Assembly: GCA_004295085.1 (NCBI GenBank)
Contig: SHNF01000006.1
Location: 223,675-287,674, forward strand
Source: Planctomycetota bacterium
GTDB taxonomy: Bacteria > Planctomycetota > UBA1135
Reading direction: 5' to 3'
DNA: 64,000 nt
How positions within the stretch are numbered: position 1 is the stretch's first letter; each line of letters starts with the position of its first letter. Of the stretch, positions 55,942 through 64,000 are shown piece by piece. The notes beneath the pieces are model-generated. The model saw only the letters and a program-made list of their open reading frames with translations, ran no database searches and was not told the DNA's origin. Made by a program: the position numbers and the translations under genes.

Positions 55942-56970
55942 TCAGCGCGCGGCGACGTCCACCGCCAGGTCGGCCAGCTTTCCGGCCGCCCAGCGCGCGT
56001 GGCCGAGGCCCGCGATCATGGCGGCGTTGTCGGTGCAGAACTCGGGTGCCGCGAAGGTGGCCTGGACGTTGTCGCGCTGCGCCCGGCGCGCCACGGCCGC
56101 GCGCAGGCGCTGGTTGCGCGCCACGCCGCCGCCGACCAGGAGGCGGGGGATGTCGAGCTGCAGGCAGGCACGCAAGCACTTGCGCGCCAGGGTCTCGACT
56201 ACCGCGGCTTCGTAGCTGGCGCACAGATCGGCCAGGGCCTGGCCGGCCGGGAGCGGGGCTTCCGGGCGCGACAGGCCGGGACCTTTCAGGTGATAGAGAA
56301 GCGCGGTCTTCAGGCCGGAGAAGGAGAAGTCGAGCGAATCCGGCGCCAGCAGCGGCAGCTTGAACGGGTGCGCCCCGGGGTCGCCGCCGGTTCCCGCCTT
56401 CTCGATGGACGGGCCGCCCGGGTAGGGCAGGCCGAGCAGGGCCGCGGCCTTGTCCAGGGCCTCGCCGGCGGCGTCGTCGCGGGTGGAGCAGAGGAGTGCG
56501 TGCCGGAGCGGCGATTCGGTGCGGTACAGGCTGGTGTGGCCGCCGGAGACGACCAGCGTGACGTAGGGGAAGTGCCATTCCGGCAGCGACATCAAGGCCG
56601 CGTACACGTGGGCTTCGATGTGGTGCACGGCCACCAGCGGCTTGCTCCAGGCCCAGGCCAGGGCCTTGGCCGTGGTGGCCCCGACCAGCAGGGAGCCGAC
56701 CAGGCCCGGTTGCGTGGTGACGGCGACGGCGGCCAGGTCCCGCGGGGAGGTGCGCGCGGCGGACAGCGCTTCCTCGACCACGGGCACGATGGCCTCCAGG
56801 TGGCCGCGCCCGGCGATCTCCGGCACCACGCCGCGCCAGGGCGCGTGCTCGGCGACCTGGCTGCGCACGACCGAGGAGAGGACGGCGCGCCCGCCGCGCA
56901 CCACCGCGGCCGCGGTCTCGTCGCAGGAGCTCTCGATCCCGAGCACCCGGGCGTCGGCGCCGGTGGTCAC
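55942..56970 (-). CDS. tsaD: tRNA N6-adenosine threonylcarbamoyltransferase
   Basis: VLGIESSCDETAAAV, VAVHHIEAH, VSGGHT and GGGVARN. The GTG start at 56970 overlaps the upstream stop (GTGA). Confidence 0.92.
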   Translation of the reverse strand: MTTGADARVLGIESSCDETAAAVVRGGRAVLSSVVRSQVAEHAPWRGVVPEIAGRGHLEAIVPVVEEALSAARTSPRDLAAVAVTTQPGLVGSLLVGATTAKALAWAWSKPLVAVHHIEAHVYAALMSLPEWHFPYVTLVVSGGHTSLYRTESPLRHALLCSTRDDAAGEALDKAAALLGLPYPGGPSIEKAGTGGDPGAHPFKLPLLAPDSLDFSFSGLKTALLYHLKGPGLSRPEAPLPAGQALADLCASYEAAVVETLARKCLRACLQLDIPRLLVGGGVARNQRLRAAVARRAQRDNVQATFAAPEFCTDNAAMIAGLGHARWAAGKLADLAVDVAAR

Positions 56971-58274
56971 GCCGGTTGCAGCACGGCCTTCAGGTGCGCC
57001 ACCGCGACCTCCAGGACCGGATCGGGCGGCCGGCGCTCGCGCTCGAGCTCGGGAAACAGTTGGAATACGCGCTCGCGGTACTTGGCGGGCGGATCCTCGT
57101 GGCGCAGCAGCCACGCAGCCAGGGCCTCGCTCACGTCCGCGGGTGCCGCCACCGCCAGATCCGGCTCGAGCCCGCCCGCGCGCTCCGGGTCGATATGGCC
57201 CTCGAGGATGCGCCCGCCGGGCGTCACGTAGTAGCCGGCGGTGAACTTGAGACCGAAGCGGGACTGGCGATACGCGAACACCTGCTGGAACACGCCCTTG
57301 CCGTAGGAGCGCTCGCCGGCGAGCAGCGCGGCGCCGTAGTCGCGCAGGGCGCCGGCCAGGACCTCGCTGCCGGAGGCGCTGAGGCCGTTGAGGAGCACCA
57401 CGACCGGGAGGTCGGCGGCCGAGGACTGGGACGGATCCGCGCGGCGCGTGTCGGCTGCGCGCCCGCGCGAGTACAAGGTGCACACCACGCCGCCACGCAG
57501 GAAGCGCGCCGCGGTCGCCACCGCGGGCGTCAGCACGCCGCCGCGGTTGTAGCGCAGGTCGAGGACCAGGGCGCGCAGTCCATGCGTCGCCAGCGCCGCC
57601 AGGGCGTCGTCCAGCTCCTGCGGCGTGCTCGCGGCGAAGGAGCTGATCTGCAGCGTGGCGATGCCGCGCTCGGGATCCAGCATCTCCACCTGGCGCACGG
57701 TGCCGGTGGGGACGGCGCCGCGGACCACGTCCACCTCGAGGCGCTCGCCGGAAGCGCGCAGCAGCGCCAGATGCACGCTGCTGCCGGCCGGGCCCTTGAT
57801 CCGGCTCTGCAGCCGCTCGGGATCCATGCCGTCGGTCGGGACGCCGTCCACCGCCACGACGATGTCTCCGGGCTGGACGCCGGCCGCCTCGGCCGGCCCG
57901 CCGGGCTGCGGCCAGCGCACCTGGGCGCGGGCGGGATCCAGGCGCACGCCGATGCCCTCCAGTTGACCGGTGGATTCCTCCTGCAGGGCACGCAAGCCGT
58001 CGTCACCCTCGATGAAGTACGTGTAGGGGTCGTGCAGCCCATCCACCATTCCCTGGACGGCCCGGTGCAGGAGCCACTCCGGAGCGCGCGGCTCCACGTA
58101 CTCCTCGGCCAGGGTGCGCTGCACCGCCGCCAAGGTGCGCTCCTCCGGGCTCTGGCCGCCGCGCAGGAGCAGCGGCCCCAGGAACCACTCCGCGACCGCC
58201 ACGCCGGCCGCGCACAAGGCCACGCCCGCGGCGATGCCCGCCGGGTGCAGGGCCGGAAGCGTGCGCGCAGCCAT
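56967..58274 (-). CDS. ctp: C-terminal processing peptidase (S41, Ctp/Prc-like) with a PDZ domain
   Basis: Start trimmed to the ATG at 58274. GIGVRL, a PDZ segment (AGVQPGDIVVAVDG), LDLRYNRGG, LLNGLSASGSEVLAGAL and SYGKG. Confidence 0.85.
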   Translation of the reverse strand: MAARTLPALHPAGIAAGVALCAAGVAVAEWFLGPLLLRGGQSPEERTLAAVQRTLAEEYVEPRAPEWLLHRAVQGMVDGLHDPYTYFIEGDDGLRALQEESTGQLEGIGVRLDPARAQVRWPQPGGPAEAAGVQPGDIVVAVDGVPTDGMDPERLQSRIKGPAGSSVHLALLRASGERLEVDVVRGAVPTGTVRQVEMLDPERGIATLQISSFAASTPQELDDALAALATHGLRALVLDLRYNRGGVLTPAVATAARFLRGGVVCTLYSRGRAADTRRADPSQSSAADLPVVVLLNGLSASGSEVLAGALRDYGAALLAGERSYGKGVFQQVFAYRQSRFGLKFTAGYYVTPGGRILEGHIDPERAGGLEPDLAVAAPADVSEALAAWLLRHEDPPAKYRERVFQLFPELERERRPPDPVLEVAVAHLKAVLQPA

Positions 58275-58340
58275 GAGCCTGATTCTAGGCACCTTGGACA
58301 AGGCTCCAAGCCGGCCTATCCTGATGCCGTCTGCATCGCC

Positions 58341-59330
58341 ATGCGTTCCGCCACCTCCCTGCTGCTCCGCGGCGCCGCCCTGGCCGCCGCGCTCCTGCCC
58401 GCCTGCGCCAGCGCTTCCAAGGACGAGCCGGCGCTCGAGGCCGGGCGCGTCTTCGACTTCGAGTACGAGGTCGTCGTGCCCGAGACCGTGGACCTCGCGG
58501 CCGGTCCGCTGCGGGTGTGGGTGCCGGTACCGGTGAACGACGGGCGCCAGACCGTCGAGGTCCAGGCCATGCCGGCGGCGGCGCAGACCGGCGGCCCCGA
58601 CCGGCACGGCAACGTGTTCGCCACCGTCCTGGTGGCGCCGGACAGCGCGCAACGCAGCTTCCTGTGGAAGTACCGCGTCTGGCGCAGCGTGGACCGCGGC
58701 GGCGAAGACGTGGACACCCGGCTCATCACCGAGGAACAGCGCAAGGAGCTGTACCTGGGCCCGGACCGGATGGTGCCCGTGGGCGGGCCCGCGGAAGGCG
58801 CCGCGCGCGAGGCGGCCGCCGGGAAGGAGGAGCCGTTCGCCGTGGCGCGCGCCTTCTACGACCGCGTGCTCGCCGACATGGAATACAAGAAGGAGGGAAC
58901 CGGCTGGGGCAAGGGCAGCACGCAGTGGGCCTGCGAGGCCGGATACGGCAACTGCACCGACTTCCACGCCAAGTTCATCTCCATGGCGCGCTTCCGCGGC
59001 CTGCCGGCGCGCTTCCAGATCGGCTACCCGCTGCCCGCGCAGCGCGGCAGCGGCGAGCTCGGCGGCTACCACTGCTGGGCCCACTTCTACGTGGACGGCT
59101 ACGGCTGGATCCCGGTGGACATCTCGGAGGCGGACAAGAACCCGGAGAAGGCCGAGTTCTTCTTCAGCCACCTGGACGCGGACCGCGTCACGCTCAGCTA
59201 CGGCCGCGATCTGGTCCTGGATCCGCCGCAGCAGGGCGAGCCGCTGAACTTCCTCGTGTACGCCTACGGCGAGCAGAACGGCAAGCCGGTGACGCTCCAG
59301 ACCAAGGCGCGCTACCGCGACCTGGAATGA
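58341..59330 (+). CDS. Transglutaminase-like domain lipoprotein
   Basis: ATG at 58341. Signal plus lipobox LLPAC. Catalytic-type triad context [22 protein letters not shown] and GWIPVDISE. Confidence 0.75.
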   Translation: MRSATSLLLRGAALAAALLPACASASKDEPALEAGRVFDFEYEVVVPETVDLAAGPLRVWVPVPVNDGRQTVEVQAMPAAAQTGGPDRHGNVFATVLVAPDSAQRSFLWKYRVWRSVDRGGEDVDTRLITEEQRKELYLGPDRMVPVGGPAEGAAREAAAGKEEPFAVARAFYDRVLADMEYKKEGTGWGKGSTQWACEAGYGNCTDFHAKFISMARFRGLPARFQIGYPLPAQRGSGELGGYHCWAHFYVDGYGWIPVDISEADKNPEKAEFFFSHLDADRVTLSYGRDLVLDPPQQGEPLNFLVYAYGEQNGKPVTLQTKARYRDLE

Positions 59331-59758
59331 ACGTGGCGGAGGTTCGCCTCACGCACCAGGTCGAGTTCTGCGCCGCCCACCACCTGGTCGCGCCGGGGCT
59401 GTCCGCGTCCGACAACCAGGCCCTGTACGGGCCGTGCGCCCGGCCGCACGGACACAACTACCGCCTGGAGGTGACGGTCGCCGGGCCGGTGCAGGCGGCG
59501 ACCGGAATGGTCATGGATCTGAACCGGCTGCGCGCCCTGGTGGCCGAGCGCCTGGTCCAGCGCGTGGATCACCTCGATCTCAACCGCGACGTGGAGTTCC
59601 TGCTCGGCGCCATCACCACCGGCGAGAACCTGCTGGTGCGCTTCTGGGATCAGCTCGCCCCGGCGCTGCCGGAGGGCGTGCGCCTGGTGGAGCTGCGGCT
59701 GGGGGAAACCCGCGACAACGGCATCGTCTACCACGGCCCGGCGGCGGCCCGCGCATGA
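59327..59758 (+). CDS. queD: 6-carboxy-5,6,7,8-tetrahydropterin synthase (QueD / PTPS family)
   Basis: EFCAAHHL, and CARPHGHNY (the CxxxHGH motif of QueD). ATGA overlap with the upstream stop. Confidence 0.85.
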   Translation: MNVAEVRLTHQVEFCAAHHLVAPGLSASDNQALYGPCARPHGHNYRLEVTVAGPVQAATGMVMDLNRLRALVAERLVQRVDHLDLNRDVEFLLGAITTGENLLVRFWDQLAPALPEGVRLVELRLGETRDNGIVYHGPAAARA

Positions 59759-60342
59759 GCACGATCCCGGCCGGCGCCGAGCCGACGGCGCCCCTGGTGC
59801 GCGCGCTGCTGTCCCGGCTCGGCGAGGACCCGCAGCGCCCGGGCCTGCTGCGCACGCCGCAGCGCGTGGCCGCCAGCCTGGAGTACCTCACGCACGGCTA
59901 CCGCATGGATCTGCACAAGCTGGTCAACGGAGCCCTGTTCCAGGAGGACGTCAGCGAGATCGTGCTGGTCAAGGACATCGAGTTCTACTCGCTGTGCGAG
60001 CACCACTTGCTGCCGTTCTACGGCAAGGTGCACGTGGCCTACATCCCGGACGGCCGCGTCATCGGGCTGAGCAAGCTGCCCCGCATCGTGGAGATGTACG
60101 CCCGGCGCCTGCAGGTGCAGGAGCGCATGACGGTGCAGATCGCTCAGGCCGTGGACGAGGTGCTGCACCCGGCGGGGGTGGGCGTGATCGCCGAGGCCGC
60201 GCACCTGTGCATGATGATGCGCGGCGTCGCCAAGCAGTCCAGCATCACCACGACCTCGTGCATGCTCGGCTCCTTCCGCGAAGACTCGCGCACCCGCAGC
60301 GAGTTCCTGGCGCTGGTCTACGGCGAAACCCGGATCCGCTGA
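59755..60342 (+). CDS. folE: GTP cyclohydrolase I (FolE type IA)
   Basis: [29 protein letters not shown] and [13 protein letters not shown] overlap with the queD stop. Confidence 0.92.
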   Translation: MSTIPAGAEPTAPLVRALLSRLGEDPQRPGLLRTPQRVAASLEYLTHGYRMDLHKLVNGALFQEDVSEIVLVKDIEFYSLCEHHLLPFYGKVHVAYIPDGRVIGLSKLPRIVEMYARRLQVQERMTVQIAQAVDEVLHPAGVGVIAEAAHLCMMMRGVAKQSSITTTSCMLGSFREDSRTRSEFLALVYGETRIR

Positions 60343-60452
60343 GTGCGTGCGCGGCGCGCGGCGCTGTGCTATCCTTCCAGATCGCCCGGTTCGCCTGCGC
60401 TGCATTTTTCCCTCATTCCACGCCCTCCAAGTCCCTCCAGAGTCAGCGCACC

Positions 60453-60605
60453 GTGCGCACCACCAAGGACCGTCCGCTTGCCGCCCTGCTCGCCATCGGC
60501 GCCCTGATGGCGTTCCTGGCCGTGGTCGTGGCCTGCCTGTACAGCGGCGGCGCCGTGGCCGAGCCCGCCCAGACGCGCGATCGCGCCACCACCGCCAGCG
60601 GCTAG
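60453..60605 (+). CDS. Possible small single-pass membrane protein (50 aa)
   Basis: GTG start giving (M)RTTKDRPLAALLAIGALMAFLAVVVACLYSGG.. Positive N-terminus plus one TM, and very high GC3. There is no SD, and no other start codon in frame. Confidence 0.3.
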   Translation: MRTTKDRPLAALLAIGALMAFLAVVVACLYSGGAVAEPAQTRDRATTASG

Positions 60606-61375
60606 GACGCGGCGGAGCCGGCGGCCTCCAGCAGCCCGACCAGTTGTTCCAGGCTGGCCTCCGGGCTGCGGCCGCTGGTGTCCAGGTGCACGGTGGCGCG
60701 CCGATACCCCGGCTCGCGGGCCTCCAGCAGGCTTTGCAGCCGCAGCATGGCGTTGGGGTCGTTGCGCATGGGACGCAGGTCCCCTTGCGCGGCCACCCGC
60801 TGCCAGTGCTCCTGCGGCGACGCCTTGAGCCATACCGTCCGGCAGGTCTGGCACAGCCGGTCCAGGGTCGCAGGCTCGGACACGAGCCCGCCCGGTACGG
60901 CCAGAACGCCGCTGCCGTGATGCGCCAGCCAGTCCTCGAGCGCCTCGCGCTCCAGCCGCCGATAGCCCTCGGGACCGTGCAGCTCGAAGATCTCGGCCAC
61001 ACCCATGCCGGCGCGCTCGGCAATGCGCGCGTCCAGCTCGGTGAACGCCACCTCCAACCGCGCCGCCAGCATGCGCCCCAGGGTGCTCTTGCCCGCTCCG
61101 CGCAGACCCAGCAGGGCGATGCGCTGCGGCGGCGCCGTGGCCATGGGCAGGTCGCACAGCTCGCGCAGCGGCACACCGAGCGCCTGGGCCAGCGCCGCGA
61201 GCTTGCCGATCGAGGGATTGGTGCGGGCGGCCTCGATCTCGACCAGGAAGCGGCGGCTGAGCCCGGCGCGGCGTGCCGCCTCCTCGAGGGTGAAGCCGGC
61301 GTGCTTGCGGGCGGCTCGCACCTTGCGGGACAGAGCGGCGAGGGTCTGAGCAAGAGCGCGCGGGGGACGCTTCAT
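60602..61375 (-). CDS. boxR: BzdR/BoxR-type regulator: XRE-family HTH fused to a shikimate-kinase-like domain
   Basis: Start trimmed to the ATG at 61375. HTH segment FTLEEAARRAGLSRRFLVEIEAARTNPSIGKLAALAQAL, then IALLGLRGAGKST (Walker A) and an AroK-like body. It is divergent from boxC. Confidence 0.8.
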   Translation of the reverse strand: MKRPPRALAQTLAALSRKVRAARKHAGFTLEEAARRAGLSRRFLVEIEAARTNPSIGKLAALAQALGVPLRELCDLPMATAPPQRIALLGLRGAGKSTLGRMLAARLEVAFTELDARIAERAGMGVAEIFELHGPEGYRRLEREALEDWLAHHGSGVLAVPGGLVSEPATLDRLCQTCRTVWLKASPQEHWQRVAAQGDLRPMRNDPNAMLRLQSLLEAREPGYRRATVHLDTSGRSPEASLEQLVGLLEAAGSAAS

Positions 61376-61385
61376 ACGTGTTGGC

Positions 61386-61413
61386 AATATATTACACGGT
61401 CTTGTCGCGTCAA
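61386..61413 (-). promoter_or_regulatory. Sigma70-like promoter for boxR: TTGACG - 16 nt - TATATT, with the -10 box ending 10 nt before the ATG
   Basis: The minus strand reads cccTTGACGcgacaagaccgtgtaaTATATTgccaacacgtATG. The -35 box is at 61413-61408, the -10 box at 61391-61386 and the ATG at 61375. Confidence 0.45.
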
Positions 61414-61463
61414 GGGTTTTATGCTTCACTATGCACAACTCGACTTCCCACGCACTCCGTCCC

Positions 61464-63116
61464 ATGGCTTCCACGGCAATCGCCACCGAGACCCCATCCC
61501 CGGTCTCCTTCGAGACCCATCCCGACCGATACCGCCACTGGCGCTTCCGGGTGGAGGGCGACATCGCGCGCCTGACCATGGCAGTGGACCTCCACGGCGG
61601 CCTGCGCCCCGGCTATGAGTTGAAGCTCAATTCCTACGACCTCGGAGTGGACATCGAGCTGGCCGACGCCATCCAGCGCCTGCGCTTCGAGCATCCGCAG
61701 GTGCGTTGCCTGGTGATCGACGGCGCCCTGGAGAAGGTCTTCTGCGCCGGCGCCAACATCTCCATGCTGCGCACCAGCAGCCACGCCTGGAAGGTGAATT
61801 TCTGCAAGTTCACCAACGAGACGCGCCTGTACCTGGAGGACCTGTCGGCGCACTCCGGCGTGCGCACACTGGCCGCGTGCAACGGCACCACCGCCGGCGG
61901 CGGCTACGAGCTGGCGCTGGCCTGCGATCAGATCCTGCTGGTGGACGACCGCGCCAGCGCGGTGTCGCTGCCGGAGCTGTCCCTGCTGGCGGTGCTGCCG
62001 GGCACCGGCGGCCTCACCCGCCTGGTGGACAAGCGCAAGCTGCGCCGCGACCTGGCCGACGTGTTCAGCACCCTCGCCGGCGGCGTGAAAGCCGAGAAGG
62101 CGCTGGAGTGGGGCCTGGTCGACGCCATCGCGCCGCTCAGCCGCTTCGGCGCGGCGCGCGAGCAGATGGCGCGCGCGCTGGCCGAATCCGTGCCGGACAA
62201 GAGCGCCCGCAGCGGCGTTCCCTTGCCGCCGCTGCGGCCCACGGAGAGCGCGCGGCGCGTCGAATACCGCTACGTGACGCTGGAGCTGAATCCGGAGCGC
62301 CACGTCGCCAGCCTGAGCCTGCGCGTTGCGGACCAGTTCCAGCCGCCCGCCGGCGCCGGGGCCGAATGGTGGCCCCTGCGCGCGTTTCGCGAGCTGGACG
62401 ACGCGCTGCTGCGCCTGCGCGTGAACCATCCCGACATCAACCTGGTGGCGCTGCGCGCCGAGGGCGATCCCGCGCTGGCGCTGGCGTACGACCGCGCGCT
62501 GATCGAGCAGCACGACGAGTGGTTCGTGGCCGAGGTGCGCCTCTTCATCCGGCGCGTGCTCAAGCGCCTGGAGACCAGCGCCAAGTCGCTGTTCGCGCTG
62601 GCCGGCCGCGGCAGCGCCTTCGCCGGCACCTTGCTGGAGCTGGCCCTGGCCGCCGACCGCGTGTACGTGCTCGACGATCCCGGGGTGGAGGTGCGGCTGG
62701 GCGTGAGCGCGCTCAACGGCGGCGCCTACCCCATGGGCAACGGACTCAGCCGCCTGCAGACGCGCTTCCTGCGCGAGCCGCAGCGCGTCGGCGCCGTGCT
62801 GGCGCGCGCCGGCCTGATCCCGGCGAGCGACGCCGCGGAGCTGGGCCTGGCCACCTTCGCGCTCGACGCCATCGACTGGGAGGACGAGCTGCGCGTCGCC
62901 ATGGAGGAGCGGGCCAGCTTCAGCCCCGACGCCCTGACCGGAATGGAGGCCAACCTGCGCTTCGCCGGCCCGGAGACCCTGGAGACCAAGATCTTCGGGC
63001 GCCTGAGCGCCTGGCAGAACTGGATCTTCCAGCGCCCCAACGCCGTCGGCCCCAACGGCGCGCTGCAGTGCTACGGCACGCCCAGCCGGCCCGAGTTCGA
63101 CTACTTCCGCACCTGA
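61464..63116 (+). CDS. boxC: Benzoyl-CoA-dihydrodiol lyase (2,3-epoxybenzoyl-CoA dihydrolase), crotonase-family double domain
   Basis: ~550 aa. FETHPDRYRHWRF, KVFCAGANI, ACNGTTAGGGYELALACD and a second degenerate crotonase domain, in the boxR / boxB neighbourhood. The ATG at 61431 is an alternative start. Confidence 0.85.
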   Translation: MASTAIATETPSPVSFETHPDRYRHWRFRVEGDIARLTMAVDLHGGLRPGYELKLNSYDLGVDIELADAIQRLRFEHPQVRCLVIDGALEKVFCAGANISMLRTSSHAWKVNFCKFTNETRLYLEDLSAHSGVRTLAACNGTTAGGGYELALACDQILLVDDRASAVSLPELSLLAVLPGTGGLTRLVDKRKLRRDLADVFSTLAGGVKAEKALEWGLVDAIAPLSRFGAAREQMARALAESVPDKSARSGVPLPPLRPTESARRVEYRYVTLELNPERHVASLSLRVADQFQPPAGAGAEWWPLRAFRELDDALLRLRVNHPDINLVALRAEGDPALALAYDRALIEQHDEWFVAEVRLFIRRVLKRLETSAKSLFALAGRGSAFAGTLLELALAADRVYVLDDPGVEVRLGVSALNGGAYPMGNGLSRLQTRFLREPQRVGAVLARAGLIPASDAAELGLATFALDAIDWEDELRVAMEERASFSPDALTGMEANLRFAGPETLETKIFGRLSAWQNWIFQRPNAVGPNGALQCYGTPSRPEFDYFRT

Positions 63117-63130
63117 GAGCCACCTGCGCC

Positions 63131-64000
63131 ATGACCACCGTCGATTACAGCGAGAAGATCCCCAACAACGTCAACCTGTCCTCGGACAACCGGCTGCAGC
63201 GCGCGCTGGAAGCCTGGCAGCCGCGCTACCTGGACTGGTGGCGCGAGATGGGGCCGTCGGACTTCGCGGCCAACGAGGTCTACCTGCGCACCGCGGTGTC
63301 CGTGGACAAGGACGGCTGGGCGCAGTTCGGCTACGTGCGCATGCCCGACTACCGCTGGGGCATCTTCCTGGCCGACCCGATCGCCGGCCGCAAGGTCGGC
63401 TTCGGCGACCACGCCGACGCGGAGGCCTGGCAGCAGGTGCCCGGCGAGTACCGCGCCGACCTGCGGCGCCTGATCGTGACCCAGGCCGACACCGAGCCGG
63501 CCTCGGTGGAGCAGCAGCGCTTGCTCGGCCACACCGCGCCCTCCCTCTACGACCTGCGCAACCTGTTCCAGGTGAACGTGGAGGAAGGCCGCCACCTGTG
63601 GGCCATGGTCTACCTGCTGCAAACGCACTTCGGCAAGGAAGGGCGCGACGAGGCCGAGGAACTGCTGGAGCGCCGCAGCGGCAACCCGGACCGGCCGCGC
63701 ATCCTGACCACCTTCAACGAGCCGATCGAGACCTGGCTGGACTTCTTCATGTTCACCATGTTCACGGACCGGGACGGCAAGTTCCAGCTGCTGGCCCTGG
63801 CCGAGAGCGGCTTCGACCCGCTGGCCCGCACCTGCCGCTTCATGTTGACCGAGGAAGCCCACCACATGTTCGTGGGCCAGACCGGGGTCGGCCGCGTGAT
63901 CCAGCGCACCTGCGAGCTGATGAAGCAGCACCCGGGCGACAGCCCGCGCCGCCACGGCGGCATCGACTTCGAGACCCTGCAGAAGTACATCAACTTCTGG
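63131..64000 (+). CDS. boxB: Benzoyl-CoA 2,3-epoxidase (oxygenase) subunit B; N-terminal 290 aa, runs off the right edge
   Basis: Own translation from the ATG at 63131: MTTVDYSEKIPNNVNLSSDNRLQRALEAWQPRYLDWWREMGP..EEGRHLW..LTEEAHHMFVG (di-iron ligand motifs). It is not in the ORF track because it is open-ended. Confidence 0.9.
   Translation, partial: MTTVDYSEKIPNNVNLSSDNRLQRALEAWQPRYLDWWREMGPSDFAANEVYLRTAVSVDKDGWAQFGYVRMPDYRWGIFLADPIAGRKVGFGDHADAEAWQQVPGEYRADLRRLIVTQADTEPASVEQQRLLGHTAPSLYDLRNLFQVNVEEGRHLWAMVYLLQTHFGKEGRDEAEELLERRSGNPDRPRILTTFNEPIETWLDFFMFTMFTDRDGKFQLLALAESGFDPLARTCRFMLTEEAHHMFVGQTGVGRVIQRTCELMKQHPGDSPRRHGGIDFETLQKYINFW

Noticed and set aside
60343-60452. Rho-independent terminator after folE (GC-rich palindromic stretch gcgcggcgcgcggcgc and a later T5 run at ~60402)
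   Set aside because: The GC-rich segment does not form a clean hairpin adjacent to the T-run; they are about 40 nt apart. I could not support a terminator call here or elsewhere in the window.
61421-61435. ATGC-N6-ATGC / TGCA motifs as a BzdR/BoxR operator
   Set aside because: I recall TGCA-containing repeats from Azoarcus operators, but here there is only one exact TGCA and a short direct repeat. That is not enough to call a binding site without comparative or experimental data.

Overview
The window is very GC-rich by eye (not computed), with strongly GC-biased third codon positions. It reads as chromosomal DNA from a diderm (Gram-negative-type) bacterium; I cannot assign a phylum from sequence alone. 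Because of the GC content, all six frames carry very long stop-free ORFs. I called genes only where the translation looks like a real protein family, has a plausible signal peptide or TM pattern, or fits a tight operon context, and I trimmed starts accordingly. The ORF track translates GTG and TTG starts as M. About 55 CDS are supported. I found no rRNA, tRNA, CRISPR array, transposase or integrase.

Content from left to right:
- An enolase-superfamily plus Old-Yellow-Enzyme operon.
- A tightly coupled acyl-CoA dehydrogenase / MeaB / B12-binding small subunit / acyl-CoA dehydrogenase operon with no mutase catalytic subunit.
- A secreted clostripain-like (C11) protease, convergent with a transglutaminase-like plus ATP-grasp pair.
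- A strikingly regular 11-bp phased repeat array directly upstream of a large BNR/Asp-box propeller protein.
- An alpha-glucan phosphorylase.
- A methyltransferase plus Opp/Dpp-type binding protein and two permeases, with no ATPases.
- pepP followed by an ABC-2 exporter.
- A co-oriented run of six cell-envelope genes on the minus strand, with a divergently oriented lipoprotein gene next to it: three beta-barrels, a helical periplasmic protein, a tiny Cys-rich lipoprotein, a POTRA-less Omp85 protein and a DUF2959-like lipoprotein.
- An RND efflux operon that continues into PPK2 and a SulP/STAS transporter.
- A sulfatase maturation island: two arylsulfatases, an alpha-carbonic anhydrase, a HAD hydrolase, FGE and a DUF4239-like protein.
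- Housekeeping genes: carA, ctp-tsaD-larB and queD-folE.
- The start of an aerobic benzoyl-CoA (box) cluster: a BzdR/BoxR-type regulator, boxC and a partial boxB.

Nothing here looks like a known defence or mobile system. The most unusual items are the 11-bp repeat array, the envelope gene cluster with the Cys-rich lipoprotein, and the ATP-grasp / transglutaminase-like / C11 neighbourhood. All family assignments come from motif recognition by eye and need HMM or BLAST confirmation.
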